From positions 62,001 through 126,000 of the IMG/VR virus record IMGVR_UViG_3300026479_000007: a stretch of 64,000 bases of DNA; one strand, written 5' to 3'. The DNA is from an uncultured virus (IMG/VR IMGVR_UViG_3300026479_000007). Its lineage: Duplodnaviria; Heunggongvirae; Uroviricota; Caudoviricetes. The position numbers and the translations under genes were made by a program. Below, piece by piece: positions 27,675 through 36,966 of the stretch (within the stretch, counting starts at the first letter, position 1; each line of letters opens with the position of its first letter). The notes under the pieces are model-generated. The model did no database searches. It was given only the letters and a program-made list of their open reading frames with translations, and was not told the origin of the DNA.

Positions 27675-28244
27675 ATGAAAATTACAAAATCAGAATTAAC
27701 ACAAATTATTAAAGAGGAAGCTTTAAAATTCAAAAAAAAGCTACAATTAGAATCTAAACTTGCTGAAATTGAAGCTCAACTTGCTGAAGTTGAAGCTGGT
27801 GATATGCATGAATTACCTGATGGGACAAAAAAGTATAAGCCAGAATTTGAAGAATTAAGCAAAGATGGAGGTTTCCCAGCTTTAAAAGAAGAAGAAGAAG
27901 AATTTGGAGAAGAAATTTCTGAAGAAGAAGATATGATGGAAATGATGTCAGAAAAAATGGAAGATGAAGAAGAGAAAACTTTAGAAGAAATGTTAGCTGA
28001 AATCATGTCTGAAGAAGATGAAGATTTAGAAGAATGTGGAACTATGGAAGAAGAAGAAGTAGTTTCTGAAAAGGAAGAAGTTTGCGAAGAAGAAGAAGAA
28101 GTTTCTGAAAAAGAAGAAGTTTCTGAAGAAGAAGAAATGTGTGAAGATGAAGAAGTAGTTTCTGAATCAAAAAACAATACAGAAAATATTCTTACTGAAG
28201 AACAGTCTAGAATGAAAAAATTAGCTGGTTTAATTAAGGAATAA
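27675..28244 (+). CDS. Glu-rich putative prohead core/internal head protein
   Basis: N-terminal KITKSELTQIIKEE; C-terminal RMKKLAGL similar to the scaffold C-terminus. Confidence 0.6.
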   Translation: MKITKSELTQIIKEEALKFKKKLQLESKLAEIEAQLAEVEAGDMHELPDGTKKYKPEFEELSKDGGFPALKEEEEEFGEEISEEEDMMEMMSEKMEDEEEKTLEEMLAEIMSEEDEDLEECGTMEEEEVVSEKEEVCEEEEEVSEKEEVSEEEEMCEDEEVVSESKNNTENILTEEQSRMKKLAGLIKE

Positions 28245-28263
28245 TATTTAATATCAATAATAC

Positions 28264-28296
28264 AAAAAAACCCTCAAGATAACTTGAGGGTTTTTT
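28264..28296. terminator. Bidirectional intrinsic terminator
   Basis: A7-CCCTCAAG-ATAA-CTTGAGGG-T6 between convergent genes. Confidence 0.85.
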
Positions 28297-28313
28297 ATTT
28301 TTTTAGAACTTTT

Positions 28314-28529
28314 TTATAAAATCATCCTACCAGAATTAATACCTTCTTTTATCTCAAAAGAATTGTGACAACAATTGCAAGTATATACTTTTACTTTTTG
28401 AACATTATTTACATTTCCCTTTTGTGAATCTAATAGAAGATTATTATTAGACGAATTAACAGATTTTACACTTTCTAAAAAAGTTGTGTTTTCGCAACCA
28501 TGAGGGCATTTCATCTTTTGTACAATCAT
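28314..28529 (-). CDS. Small zinc-ribbon protein
   Basis: CPHGC ... CNCCH; 71 aa. Confidence 0.6.
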   Translation of the reverse strand: MIVQKMKCPHGCENTTFLESVKSVNSSNNNLLLDSQKGNVNNVQKVKVYTCNCCHNSFEIKEGINSGRMIL

Positions 28530-28560
28530 AATTTCTGTTTTTATTTATAAATATAAAAAA

Positions 28561-29277
28561 TTATTCATTTTTATATGTATCTAATATTTTTTGAATTACT
28601 GGATTTCTTACAACATCAGTTTCTTCAAATGAAATAGTACCTATTTCAGATATATTTTTAAATCTATTCAAAGCATCATATAAACCAGTATCTAATGTGT
28701 TTTTATACCTATCTGATTGTTCTAAATCTCCAGAGATTATAAACTTACTTTTCCAACCTATCCTTGTTAATAAAGTTTTAGTCTGTCTTTTTGTGGAGTT
28801 TTGAAATTCTTCTGCTATTAATATTGAATTATCTATATTTATACCTCTCATATATGCTAAAGGCATAATCTGAATATGTTCAGAATCCATTAAGGCTTTA
28901 ACATTTTGTTTGCCAATAATTTTTTCTAATAGATAAATTGTTGAATAAGTATATGGAGACATTTTTTCTAATATATCACCTGGTAAAAAACCTAACTTTT
29001 CATCTGCTTCAACTGCAGGTGTAGTTATAACTATTTTGTAATATTCATTCTCTGAAGAAGCTAATAATTCTAAAGCCTTTAAAGCAGTCAAATAAGACTT
29101 TCCAACTCCTGCAGGACCTGTACATATTACAATTTCTTTATTATGCATTAAATCATAAAATTCTTGCTGTTTCTGATTTTTAGATTTAAAATGTATTTCT
29201 CCTATTATATTTTTTAAAAATTGTTTAGTATCATTTCCTCTACCTTTTGTTGATTTTGAATTTTTTTTAGTTGACAT
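28561..29277 (-). CDS. phoH: PhoH family ATPase
   Basis: GPAGVGKS, LGFLPGD, PLAYMRG, EEFQN, LTRIG, GDLEQSD, VVRNP. Confidence 0.95.
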   Translation of the reverse strand: MSTKKNSKSTKGRGNDTKQFLKNIIGEIHFKSKNQKQQEFYDLMHNKEIVICTGPAGVGKSYLTALKALELLASSENEYYKIVITTPAVEADEKLGFLPGDILEKMSPYTYSTIYLLEKIIGKQNVKALMDSEHIQIMPLAYMRGINIDNSILIAEEFQNSTKRQTKTLLTRIGWKSKFIISGDLEQSDRYKNTLDTGLYDALNRFKNISEIGTISFEETDVVRNPVIQKILDTYKNE

Positions 29278-29386
29278 ATAATTTATATTAGTTTATTATA
29301 TTATAAATATAAGTATTATTTTATTCTTTGTAACTAATAACTTAATTTTATTTAATATTTATTATTAAATGTTTTATAAAAGTATT

Positions 29387-30265
29387 ATGGAAAAAATAAC
29401 TGTTTCAGAATTAGAAGAGATGATTAGAAGTAAATTTTTAGAAAAAGGAGCTTCTACAGATGAAATAAAAGAAGAGGTAATAAAAAACATAACAGAAAAA
29501 ATTAAAAATAAATCTAAAGAAGGTAAAAAAATAGATAATGAAAACAATGAAGAAAAAGTTTTAAATATTGATATTTCTAAACCTAAAGATGAAGAAGGAA
29601 AAGTTCCAGAATCTATAACTTCTACCTTAGAAACCTCTAAGGAGATGGAAGATATTTTAAAAAGAGAAGAAGAACTAAAAAGAAAAGAAGAAGAATTATC
29701 AAAAAAAGAATTAGAACTTAATGATAAAGAAACTATTTTATTATCTAAAGAAGAAGAATTAAAACATCATCCAGAAATTCCAAAACAATTAAAAAAATTA
29801 GAAAGTGAAAAATTATTTATTTTTGATGAAAATGAAATTTCTGTAGGTTCTGAAAAACTTTCTAGTATAGACCTTAAAACACTTGAAAATCCTGAAGAAA
29901 AAACAAATATGAAAGATATTTGGTTAAACAAAGGAGTTAAAGAAGCAGAATTATATATTGTTAAATTTGAAAAAATAGGAAAATTAGAATTTGACCCATT
30001 CGAAGGTAATACTGAATTCATAGAAGATATATTAGAAAATAAAGAAGACGATTTAGAGTTAAGTGATATTGAGTTAGATAGTCAAAGTAATATGAAAGAT
30101 TCTATTGAACCTGTAAAAGATGTAACTCAACCTATGATAGATAATTCAAATGAAAATTTAAATTCAGAAGAAAATAGTTTACATAATGATGTAGAAGAAG
30201 AAAATCATTATGATATGATTTTAAGCAAAAGAATAGAGGAAATTGTCAAAAAATATATTCAATAA
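29387..30265 (+). CDS. Acidic coiled-coil putative head protein
   Basis: Start probably ATG 29387 (MEKITVSELEEMI), sharing the N-terminal motif of 27675; ORF track start is 29369. Confidence 0.6.
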   Translation: MEKITVSELEEMIRSKFLEKGASTDEIKEEVIKNITEKIKNKSKEGKKIDNENNEEKVLNIDISKPKDEEGKVPESITSTLETSKEMEDILKREEELKRKEEELSKKELELNDKETILLSKEEELKHHPEIPKQLKKLESEKLFIFDENEISVGSEKLSSIDLKTLENPEEKTNMKDIWLNKGVKEAELYIVKFEKIGKLEFDPFEGNTEFIEDILENKEDDLELSDIELDSQSNMKDSIEPVKDVTQPMIDNSNENLNSEENSLHNDVEEENHYDMILSKRIEEIVKKYIQ

Positions 30266-30266
30266 A

Positions 30267-30749
30267 ATGATTAGTGAATCTTACAAAAATAGAATCAAAT
30301 TTTTATCTGGAATATTAAAAGAAGATAATATTGAACTTAAGTCTGATACAGGTAGAAGCGATAAGGATACTTTAGGTTGGTTCTCAGAAGACTACCTGTT
30401 AAATTTAGGTTCTGACATATTAACTAGTATTGATGATGAAATTGAAAAAGATAAATCACTAAATCTAAAACTTTTAAAAAGCTCAACAAAAATAAATTCA
30501 AATTCTTTATTTATAAACATTAATATAAATGGTATTTTTGAAGAAAAACCAATAGATGAAAACTTTGATTTAGTTTTAACTGTACAATTTTCAAATGACT
30601 CAAATACAGTTGCTTCAATAAACTTTAAAGGAATTATAAGTAGGTTTAATTTAAATTCTAAACATTCTTCTAAAGATTTGGAGTTATTTAAAAATGAAAT
30701 CATAGATAACATTTTTAATTCTTTAAAAATTTCAAATAAAAATCAATAA
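30267..30749 (+). CDS. Hypothetical putative head protein
   Basis: ATG 30267 just after the upstream stop; N-terminal RIKFLSGILKE resembles the RMKxLAG[LI] motif. Confidence 0.6.
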   Translation: MISESYKNRIKFLSGILKEDNIELKSDTGRSDKDTLGWFSEDYLLNLGSDILTSIDDEIEKDKSLNLKLLKSSTKINSNSLFINININGIFEEKPIDENFDLVLTVQFSNDSNTVASINFKGIISRFNLNSKHSSKDLELFKNEIIDNIFNSLKISNKNQ

Positions 30750-30807
30750 TATTTATCATTTACTTTTAATAATTAATTACTATTTTGAACTAAAAATATA
30801 ATTAACT

Positions 30808-31152
30808 ATGAAAGTTTGGAAAATTACTAACAACTCAAAAGAACATGTAAAAGTTGCATGTAAAACTGCATCAATGCACTCAAAAGGAATTATTTTAAAT
30901 CCAGGTGAATTTTGCATTTCTGAAGCACAATTAACTGCCTCTTTAGATGCACAAGAAAGAAGAGGTTTTATTTCTGTAGATAGAGAATTCGATAATTCTA
31001 AATTAGAATTAGAATTTGTTAAAAATTATTCAGAAAAACACCTAGAAACTTTATTAAAAAAAATAAACTCTGAAGAAGAAAATAAAGAAAAATCTGATTT
31101 TGAAAAAGCTGCTGAAGCAGCAGATAAATATATAAATAACGAAAATTCATAA
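30808..31152 (+). CDS. Hypothetical protein
   Basis: 114 aa ORF coupled to the downstream GT. Confidence 0.65.
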   Translation: MKVWKITNNSKEHVKVACKTASMHSKGIILNPGEFCISEAQLTASLDAQERRGFISVDREFDNSKLELEFVKNYSEKHLETLLKKINSEEENKEKSDFEKAAEAADKYINNENS

Positions 31153-31155
31153 TAT

Positions 31156-32388
31156 ATGTCTGATAAAATAAAAATATTATTTCAACCTTCAGATTTGGCT
31201 GGAGTTGGGCACTTTAGGTCTATTTGGCCTGCACAAGAAATTCAAAGAAAATATAAAGACTCTTTTGAAGTTAAAATTGATTTAAGTCCTAATTTTAATG
31301 ATTTAGAATCTTTAAAAAAATATGATATCATACACTTTCATAGACACTTTGGACCAATAGAAAGAATTGATGAAATTTTTGATACCTTAAAATCTGCTGG
31401 TGTAACTATGATTATGGATATTGATGATTATTGGTCTCCTCCAACTACACATCCTATGTATCATGCTGCAAAAAGTGAAAATATAGAGGAAAAAATTATT
31501 AAAACTATCAAAAAATCTGATTATGTAACAACTACAACAGATATTTTTGCTAAAGAAATAGCTAAATATAACAAAAATGTGATTGTTATGCCTAATGCTA
31601 TTGATTCAGAACATAAAATGTGGAAACAAGATGAGACAGCCGAAAAATTTGATAAACTTAGAGTTTCTTGGATTGGTGGTTCATCTCATTTAGAAGATTT
31701 GAAGTTAATGGAAACTTCTATGGCAAAATTAAATTCAGACGATTCTTTAAAAGATAAATATCAAATTATTTTATGTGGTTTTGATACTAGAGGTCACATT
31801 ACAGAAATTAATCAACAAACTGGTCAAAAAAAGACAAGAAAAATAAAACCAGAAGAAAGTGTTTGGAATCGTTTTGAAAAAATTTTTACAAGTGATTACA
31901 AAATAGTTGATGAAGATTATAGAAAGTTTTTAAGTGAATTTAAAAATGAAAAATATCCAGAAGATTATTCTAAATTGAATTATGTTAGAAGATGGACTTT
32001 GCCATTAACTCAATATGGTAAACATTATAGTTTTTGTGATGTTTGTTTAGCTCCTTTAGTTCATAATAAATTTAATGAAGTCAAATCTGAACTTAAAATA
32101 ATTGAGGCTGGAATGACAAAAAAAGTTTTAATTGCTCAAGATTTTGGGGTTTACAAAGAATTAATTGAAGATGGTGAAAATGGTTTCTTAGTTAAAGATA
32201 ATAGAAATCATAAAGATTGGTATAAAAATATCAAAAAACTTATTAACAACCCAGAAGAAGTAAAAAGAATTTCAGAAAATCTACATAATTTCGTAAAAGA
32301 AAAATATGACTTGAAAAATGTAACGAAAAGTAGAGTTGAAAGCTATTTGAAATTACACAAAGAAAAAAGTGAAGTAGCTGTAAATTAA
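31156..32388 (+). CDS. Glycosyltransferase family 4-like (GT-B fold)
   Basis: GVGHFRSIWP, DIDDYW, WIGGSSH, LAPL..NKFNEVKSELKIIEAG. Confidence 0.85.
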   Translation: MSDKIKILFQPSDLAGVGHFRSIWPAQEIQRKYKDSFEVKIDLSPNFNDLESLKKYDIIHFHRHFGPIERIDEIFDTLKSAGVTMIMDIDDYWSPPTTHPMYHAAKSENIEEKIIKTIKKSDYVTTTTDIFAKEIAKYNKNVIVMPNAIDSEHKMWKQDETAEKFDKLRVSWIGGSSHLEDLKLMETSMAKLNSDDSLKDKYQIILCGFDTRGHITEINQQTGQKKTRKIKPEESVWNRFEKIFTSDYKIVDEDYRKFLSEFKNEKYPEDYSKLNYVRRWTLPLTQYGKHYSFCDVCLAPLVHNKFNEVKSELKIIEAGMTKKVLIAQDFGVYKELIEDGENGFLVKDNRNHKDWYKNIKKLINNPEEVKRISENLHNFVKEKYDLKNVTKSRVESYLKLHKEKSEVAVN

Positions 32389-32422
32389 AATTTCTTTCAT
32401 ATTTATTTAAAAAATATATAAA

Positions 32423-33235
32423 ATGGAAAAAATTAGCTTAAATTTTGGTGCTTTAAGAGATACTGTATACAAATTATCTTGTAGAGAGTTGGTAAATGAA
32501 TCGAATAAAGATTCTAATAATAAAAACTCTTTAAATAAATTTATTAAAAAATTAAAAGAAGAACCTATTTTAAGAGTTCAATATATGATTTTTGAAAATC
32601 TTACAAAAGGACACTTTGAAAATGAGAGATTAGCTGAGAGATATATAAATGAAAATCTTTCTCTATCTGAAAAGTTAGATTGGAATAAGTTATTAGAAGT
32701 AAACAAAAAATTAAGAAAAGAAATCTTAGATGAACACTTCGTATCTGCTTCTAATGGATATGATGAATTATATGAATCAATTCATACTTTAATTGAATCG
32801 AGAAGTAACTTATCTTTTTCAAACATAAATAAATCTCATGAATCTTATGAGCATATTTTATCTCATTTACAAAGAAATGTTTCTAATGAAAATAAATTAG
32901 AAGAAGATTTGAATGATATGCCTAAATTTTTATCTTGGAGATATGTAAATGAACATGCTGTAAGTAATTTTAATAAAAGGTATAGACATTTAAATGAATC
33001 TGACAAAAAATTATTTAAAGTATTAATTTCTTCTGATGATATAAAAATAAAATATGCTAATGATTTAAAAAGTGAAAGTCTTTCTTTAATTGATGGTATT
33101 ATTCTGGAAGAGGGTGAAAGTTTTTTAGAGAATTTTAAAAACAAATTAGAATCTATTGAAGAAATAAATTCTAAAAATGTTGATGAAATTATTATAAATT
33201 GTGCTGAAATAAATGATATATTAAACCAAATTTAA
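32423..33235 (+). CDS. Hypothetical head-region protein
   Basis: 270 aa helical ORF with TATTTAT upstream (32400-32406); repeated xES sites (LVNES, LIES, LNES). Confidence 0.6.
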   Translation: MEKISLNFGALRDTVYKLSCRELVNESNKDSNNKNSLNKFIKKLKEEPILRVQYMIFENLTKGHFENERLAERYINENLSLSEKLDWNKLLEVNKKLRKEILDEHFVSASNGYDELYESIHTLIESRSNLSFSNINKSHESYEHILSHLQRNVSNENKLEEDLNDMPKFLSWRYVNEHAVSNFNKRYRHLNESDKKLFKVLISSDDIKIKYANDLKSESLSLIDGIILEEGESFLENFKNKLESIEEINSKNVDEIIINCAEINDILNQI

Positions 33236-33240
33236 TAGTT

Positions 33241-33645
33241 ATGAAAATCAACAAAAACAGACTAAGAGAAATTATATTAGAGGAAATTAATGTTTTCAAA
33301 AATCTCAAAGAAAGTGAAAATATTTTAAAAACTATCGAACAAATGAATGGAATTAAATTAACTCCAGAAGAGATAGAAAATATTGAATCTGCAATAGAGA
33401 TGGATAAACAAAATAAAAATGAATCTTTCGAAAGTGATGTTGAAATAAAAAGTACAGGTGAATTTTCAGATATGACAATTTCAGAACTTAAAAAAGAAGT
33501 TGCAAAACTTAAAAAAGAAAATGATAAATTTCAAGAAGAAGATAAAAAAGTACCAGAAAAAAACAAAAAAAGAATGGGACAATTACTTTTCGCAATCAGA
33601 GCTAAACAAGGTTGGAAAAAAGGAGAAGGAAGTACTGGTTTATAA
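33241..33645 (+). CDS. Putative internal head protein
   Basis: N-terminal KINKNRLREIILEE motif; basic C-terminus. Confidence 0.55.
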   Translation: MKINKNRLREIILEEINVFKNLKESENILKTIEQMNGIKLTPEEIENIESAIEMDKQNKNESFESDVEIKSTGEFSDMTISELKKEVAKLKKENDKFQEEDKKVPEKNKKRMGQLLFAIRAKQGWKKGEGSTGL

Positions 33646-33707
33646 TTAATAATTTGTTTTATAAATTATTATTTATTATCTTTATATAAATTAAATGTAT
33701 TATAAAT

Positions 33708-34025
33708 ATGGCACTAGAATTAACAAAAGAAAATTTTGAAGAGTTAGTTTTAAAATCTAATAAACCTGTTTTAGTAGATTTTTGGGCGGAATGGTGTAAT
33801 CCTTGTAAAATGATAGGGCCAGTAATAGATGAGATTCATAATGAATTATCAGACAAAGCAATAATCAGTAAAGTAAATGTAGATTTATATTCTGATATAG
33901 CTAGAGATTATGGAGTTAGAAATATACCTACAATGCTTTTTTTTAAAGATGGAGAAGTCTATGATAAATTAGTAGGAATTAAAAGTAAAGAAGAAATAAA
34001 ATCCAAAATTGAACCTAAACTATAA
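33708..34025 (+). CDS. trxA: Thioredoxin
   Basis: VLVDFWAEWCNPCK, KVNVD, IPT motifs; 105 aa. Confidence 0.95.
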   Translation: MALELTKENFEELVLKSNKPVLVDFWAEWCNPCKMIGPVIDEIHNELSDKAIISKVNVDLYSDIARDYGVRNIPTMLFFKDGEVYDKLVGIKSKEEIKSKIEPKL

Positions 34026-34028
34026 CAT

Positions 34029-34058
34029 AAAAAAAGAGAGCAATGCTCTCTTTTCTTT
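34029..34058. terminator. Bidirectional intrinsic terminator
   Basis: AAAAGAGAGC-AAT-GCTCTCTTTT between convergent genes. Confidence 0.8.
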
Positions 34059-34060
34059 GT

Positions 34061-34636
34061 TTAATCCTTCTTAGATTTATGTACACTAAATTCAGTTTTA
34101 TCTTTTAATAAATCAGAATTAGATATAATTTCACAAACCTTTAAAGCTTCATTTAATAAAGTATTATCTCCTTTTTCAGATAAGGGGTAATTTTTATCAT
34201 TAAAACTTTCCATATTTAATGTATGTAAATTTAATTCTATAGAAACAAAACTTCTTTTGTTATTATAATTTACATTTTCAGGAAAATCATAAACATATAT
34301 ATTTTCTAAATATGCGGGAAATATTTTATTATTTGACAAAAAACTTTTTAAATCTTCTCTATATATACTTCTAATATAATTTTTCAATTTTTTAGAAATC
34401 TCATAATCATAATCTAAAAAAGAATATTTATCAGATTCATGTTGATAATATTTTTCTTTTATATCTATCCAAAAACCTAATTCTATATATATAGTTTCTG
34501 GGCTTTGTTTTTGAAAACAAGTTCCTATTTTAAATTTTATTTTATCATTCCCAAAAAGACTTCCATCTATTTTAATCTCTTTCCCAGTCCTTTTTGTTTG
34601 TTTGTCTTCTAAAGTTAATTCATTACATTCTCTCAT
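34061..34636 (-). CDS. Hypothetical protein
   Basis: 191 aa ORF divergent from the protease gene. Confidence 0.65.
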   Translation of the reverse strand: MRECNELTLEDKQTKRTGKEIKIDGSLFGNDKIKFKIGTCFQKQSPETIYIELGFWIDIKEKYYQHESDKYSFLDYDYEISKKLKNYIRSIYREDLKSFLSNNKIFPAYLENIYVYDFPENVNYNNKRSFVSIELNLHTLNMESFNDKNYPLSEKGDNTLLNEALKVCEIISNSDLLKDKTEFSVHKSKKD

Positions 34637-34743
34637 TTTTTAAGTTATACAATAATTTATTTCTGCTACACTTTACAATTTTAAATTTTTTTTTTAATTA
34701 AAACAAGTTTTTTAATTAAAAATTAATAAACTTTTTTTCATCA

Positions 34744-34750
34744 TATTTAT
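34744..34750 (+). promoter_or_regulatory. Candidate late promoter TATTTAT
   Basis: Upstream of the prohead protease gene. Confidence 0.5.
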
Positions 34751-34783
34751 ATATGTTAATTATTATATAATAAATAAAAAAAA

Positions 34784-35428
34784 ATGAGTTTAGATAAATA
34801 TGTAATATCAGAGTTTTATACTTTTGAAGTAGACTCTACCTTAATAAAGGAAGCTGAAGAAAAAAATCAACCAATCTTTATGACTGGTATTCTTCAAAAG
34901 GCTAATACTGAAAATAGAAATGGAAGAGTTTATCCATTAGATATTTTAAAAAGAGAAGCTAAAAAATATGAGGAAGCAGTAAAAGAAAATAGAGCTACTG
35001 GAGAATTAGACCATCCAGATAGTGCTGTAGTTAGTTTGTCTAATGTTTCTCATATGGTTACTGAAATGTGGTGGGAAGGTGAAACTTTAATGGGTAAAGT
35101 AAAATTACTTGATACTCCTTCTGGAAACATTTTAAAAGGATTGTTGAAAAGTGGAGTTATGCTAGGTATATCTTCAAGAGGTGTTGGTTCTGTAAAAAAT
35201 AAAAATGGACTCGATGTTGTTCAAGAAGATTTTGAACTTATAGGTTTCGACTTTGTTTCTTCTCCTTCTACTCCTGGTGCATACTTATTTAAAGAGTCAA
35301 AAAGCTGGGGGATGACTAAATTAGATGGTAATAGTTCAAAAATATTAAAACCAAATGAATTGAATACTTTTAATGATTCAATGAAAGAATTATTCAAAGT
35401 TTCTAAAAAAGATTTTTGGAAAAAATAA
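34784..35428 (+). CDS. gp21: Prohead core protease, T4 gp21-like
   Basis: NRNGRVY, GELDHP, GISSRGVGS, DFVSSPSTPGA. Confidence 0.95.
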   Translation: MSLDKYVISEFYTFEVDSTLIKEAEEKNQPIFMTGILQKANTENRNGRVYPLDILKREAKKYEEAVKENRATGELDHPDSAVVSLSNVSHMVTEMWWEGETLMGKVKLLDTPSGNILKGLLKSGVMLGISSRGVGSVKNKNGLDVVQEDFELIGFDFVSSPSTPGAYLFKESKSWGMTKLDGNSSKILKPNELNTFNDSMKELFKVSKKDFWKK

Positions 35429-35459
35429 CATTTTAAATGGAATTTAATTTTTTATAAAC

Positions 35460-35466
35460 TATTTAT
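35460..35466 (+). promoter_or_regulatory. Candidate late promoter TATTTAT
   Basis: Upstream of the scaffold-MCP operon. Confidence 0.5.
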
Positions 35467-35500
35467 CCGTAAACCTTTCATTTAAGTAAAAAAAAATAAA

Positions 35501-36937
35501 ATGTCAGAAAAAAGCAAAACATCTCTAGAAAAAGCTTTATTAGAAACTAGAGAAATAGAACAAGCAGCGATTAACAGTGCAAAAAAAGTAGTTGAAGAAT
35601 CTACTATTGCAAAAATGAACGAGGCTGTAAAAAAAGCTCTTGAGGAGTTAGAAAATAAAACTATCGAAGAAGGTGTTGAAATTGAAGTTGGAGATGCTGA
35701 TATTTCAGTTAGCGTTGAAGATGGAGTAACTTCTATTAAAGTAGATGCAGAGGAAGACGATTTAAACATTATACCTACTGACGAAGAAGAGGAAGGAATT
35801 GATTCTGAAGAAGAAATCGAATCTAAAGAAGAAGATGAAACAGAAAAAGAAGAATTTGAATCTGAAGAAGATGATGAAGATGAGGATGAAGAATTGTTTG
35901 AAGTAAATCTTTTTGAAGAAGAAATAGAAGAAGCACCAGTAGAAGAAGCACCAGTAGAAGAAGCTCCAGTAGAAGAAGCTCCAGTAGAAGAAGCTCCAGT
36001 AGAAGGAGATTTAGATACTGAAGAAGATTCTCAAACAGTAGAAGTTCCTACTAAATCTGCTATCGAACAATTAAGTTCAAAATTAGATGCAATTCTTTCT
36101 AAATTAGAACAACCACAAGAAAATATAGAAGCAGCTCAAGAAGAAGAAGAAGTGGCAAGTGAAAAATCAGAAGAAAATCCAGCAGCTGAAGGTGAAGTTG
36201 AAATAGAGATAACTGATGATGAAGCTACAGAAGCTCCTGAAACAGAAGAAGAAGTAGTTTCTGAAGAATACTTAGAAGAAATTGAAGTGGTAGATGAAGA
36301 TGAAGAAGTTTCTGAAAAAGAAATTGAAGACATTTTAGCAGGTATTTTACCAAAAGATAATGAAGAAGGTGATGAAGATATTTTAGATATCGAAACTGAA
36401 GAAGAATTAGAAGAAGTTATGGGAGTCGGACATGGAGTTCAAAGAGCTTTTGGGAACAAAACAAAAGCACAAGGACACCATTCACCAATAGCTCCTTTAC
36501 ACGAAAATAACGCTCATAATGAAGCTAAAATAGCTGAGCTCACAGAGGAAAACGAAAGTTTAAAAGAATCCCTAAAAGAGTACAAAGAATCTTTCAAAGT
36601 ACTTAGAAAACAAATTAACGAGGTTCAAACTTTTAATGCAAAGTTAGCATATGTTAACAAATTGTTCTCAAAGGGAGGTTTGACAAATGATGAAAAAGTT
36701 AAAATTGCTGAAAATTTTGATGAGACAAATACTGTCGAAGAAGCTAAAACGCTTTACAACAAAATTATTAGTGAAAGTACTAATTTATCAAATGAAAAAA
36801 CTGAACAATTAAAAAGCAAATTAAAGTCTACTAGCCCGTCTATTACTCCTGTTACTAAAACAGAAGCATTATACGAGAATAAAGAAGTTGCTAGAATGAA
36901 ACTTCTTGCTGGTATTAATAAAACCTTGAATTCTTAA
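35501..36937 (+). CDS. Prohead core scaffolding protein (T4 gp22-like)
   Basis: Very acidic, between protease and MCP; C-terminal coiled coil NAKLAYVNKLF and RMKLLAGI. Confidence 0.85.
   Translation: MSEKSKTSLEKALLETREIEQAAINSAKKVVEESTIAKMNEAVKKALEELENKTIEEGVEIEVGDADISVSVEDGVTSIKVDAEEDDLNIIPTDEEEEGIDSEEEIESKEEDETEKEEFESEEDDEDEDEELFEVNLFEEEIEEAPVEEAPVEEAPVEEAPVEEAPVEGDLDTEEDSQTVEVPTKSAIEQLSSKLDAILSKLEQPQENIEAAQEEEEVASEKSEENPAAEGEVEIEITDDEATEAPETEEEVVSEEYLEEIEVVDEDEEVSEKEIEDILAGILPKDNEEGDEDILDIETEEELEEVMGVGHGVQRAFGNKTKAQGHHSPIAPLHENNAHNEAKIAELTEENESLKESLKEYKESFKVLRKQINEVQTFNAKLAYVNKLFSKGGLTNDEKVKIAENFDETNTVEEAKTLYNKIISESTNLSNEKTEQLKSKLKSTSPSITPVTKTEALYENKEVARMKLLAGINKTLNS
35927..36001 (+). repeat. 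15-bp tandem repeat x5 (EEAPV)
   Basis: GAAGAAGC(A/T)CCAGTA five times, in frame in the scaffold gene. Confidence 0.95.
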
Positions 36938-36966
36938 CAAACTTAATTAAAAAAAAAAGAAAAAAA

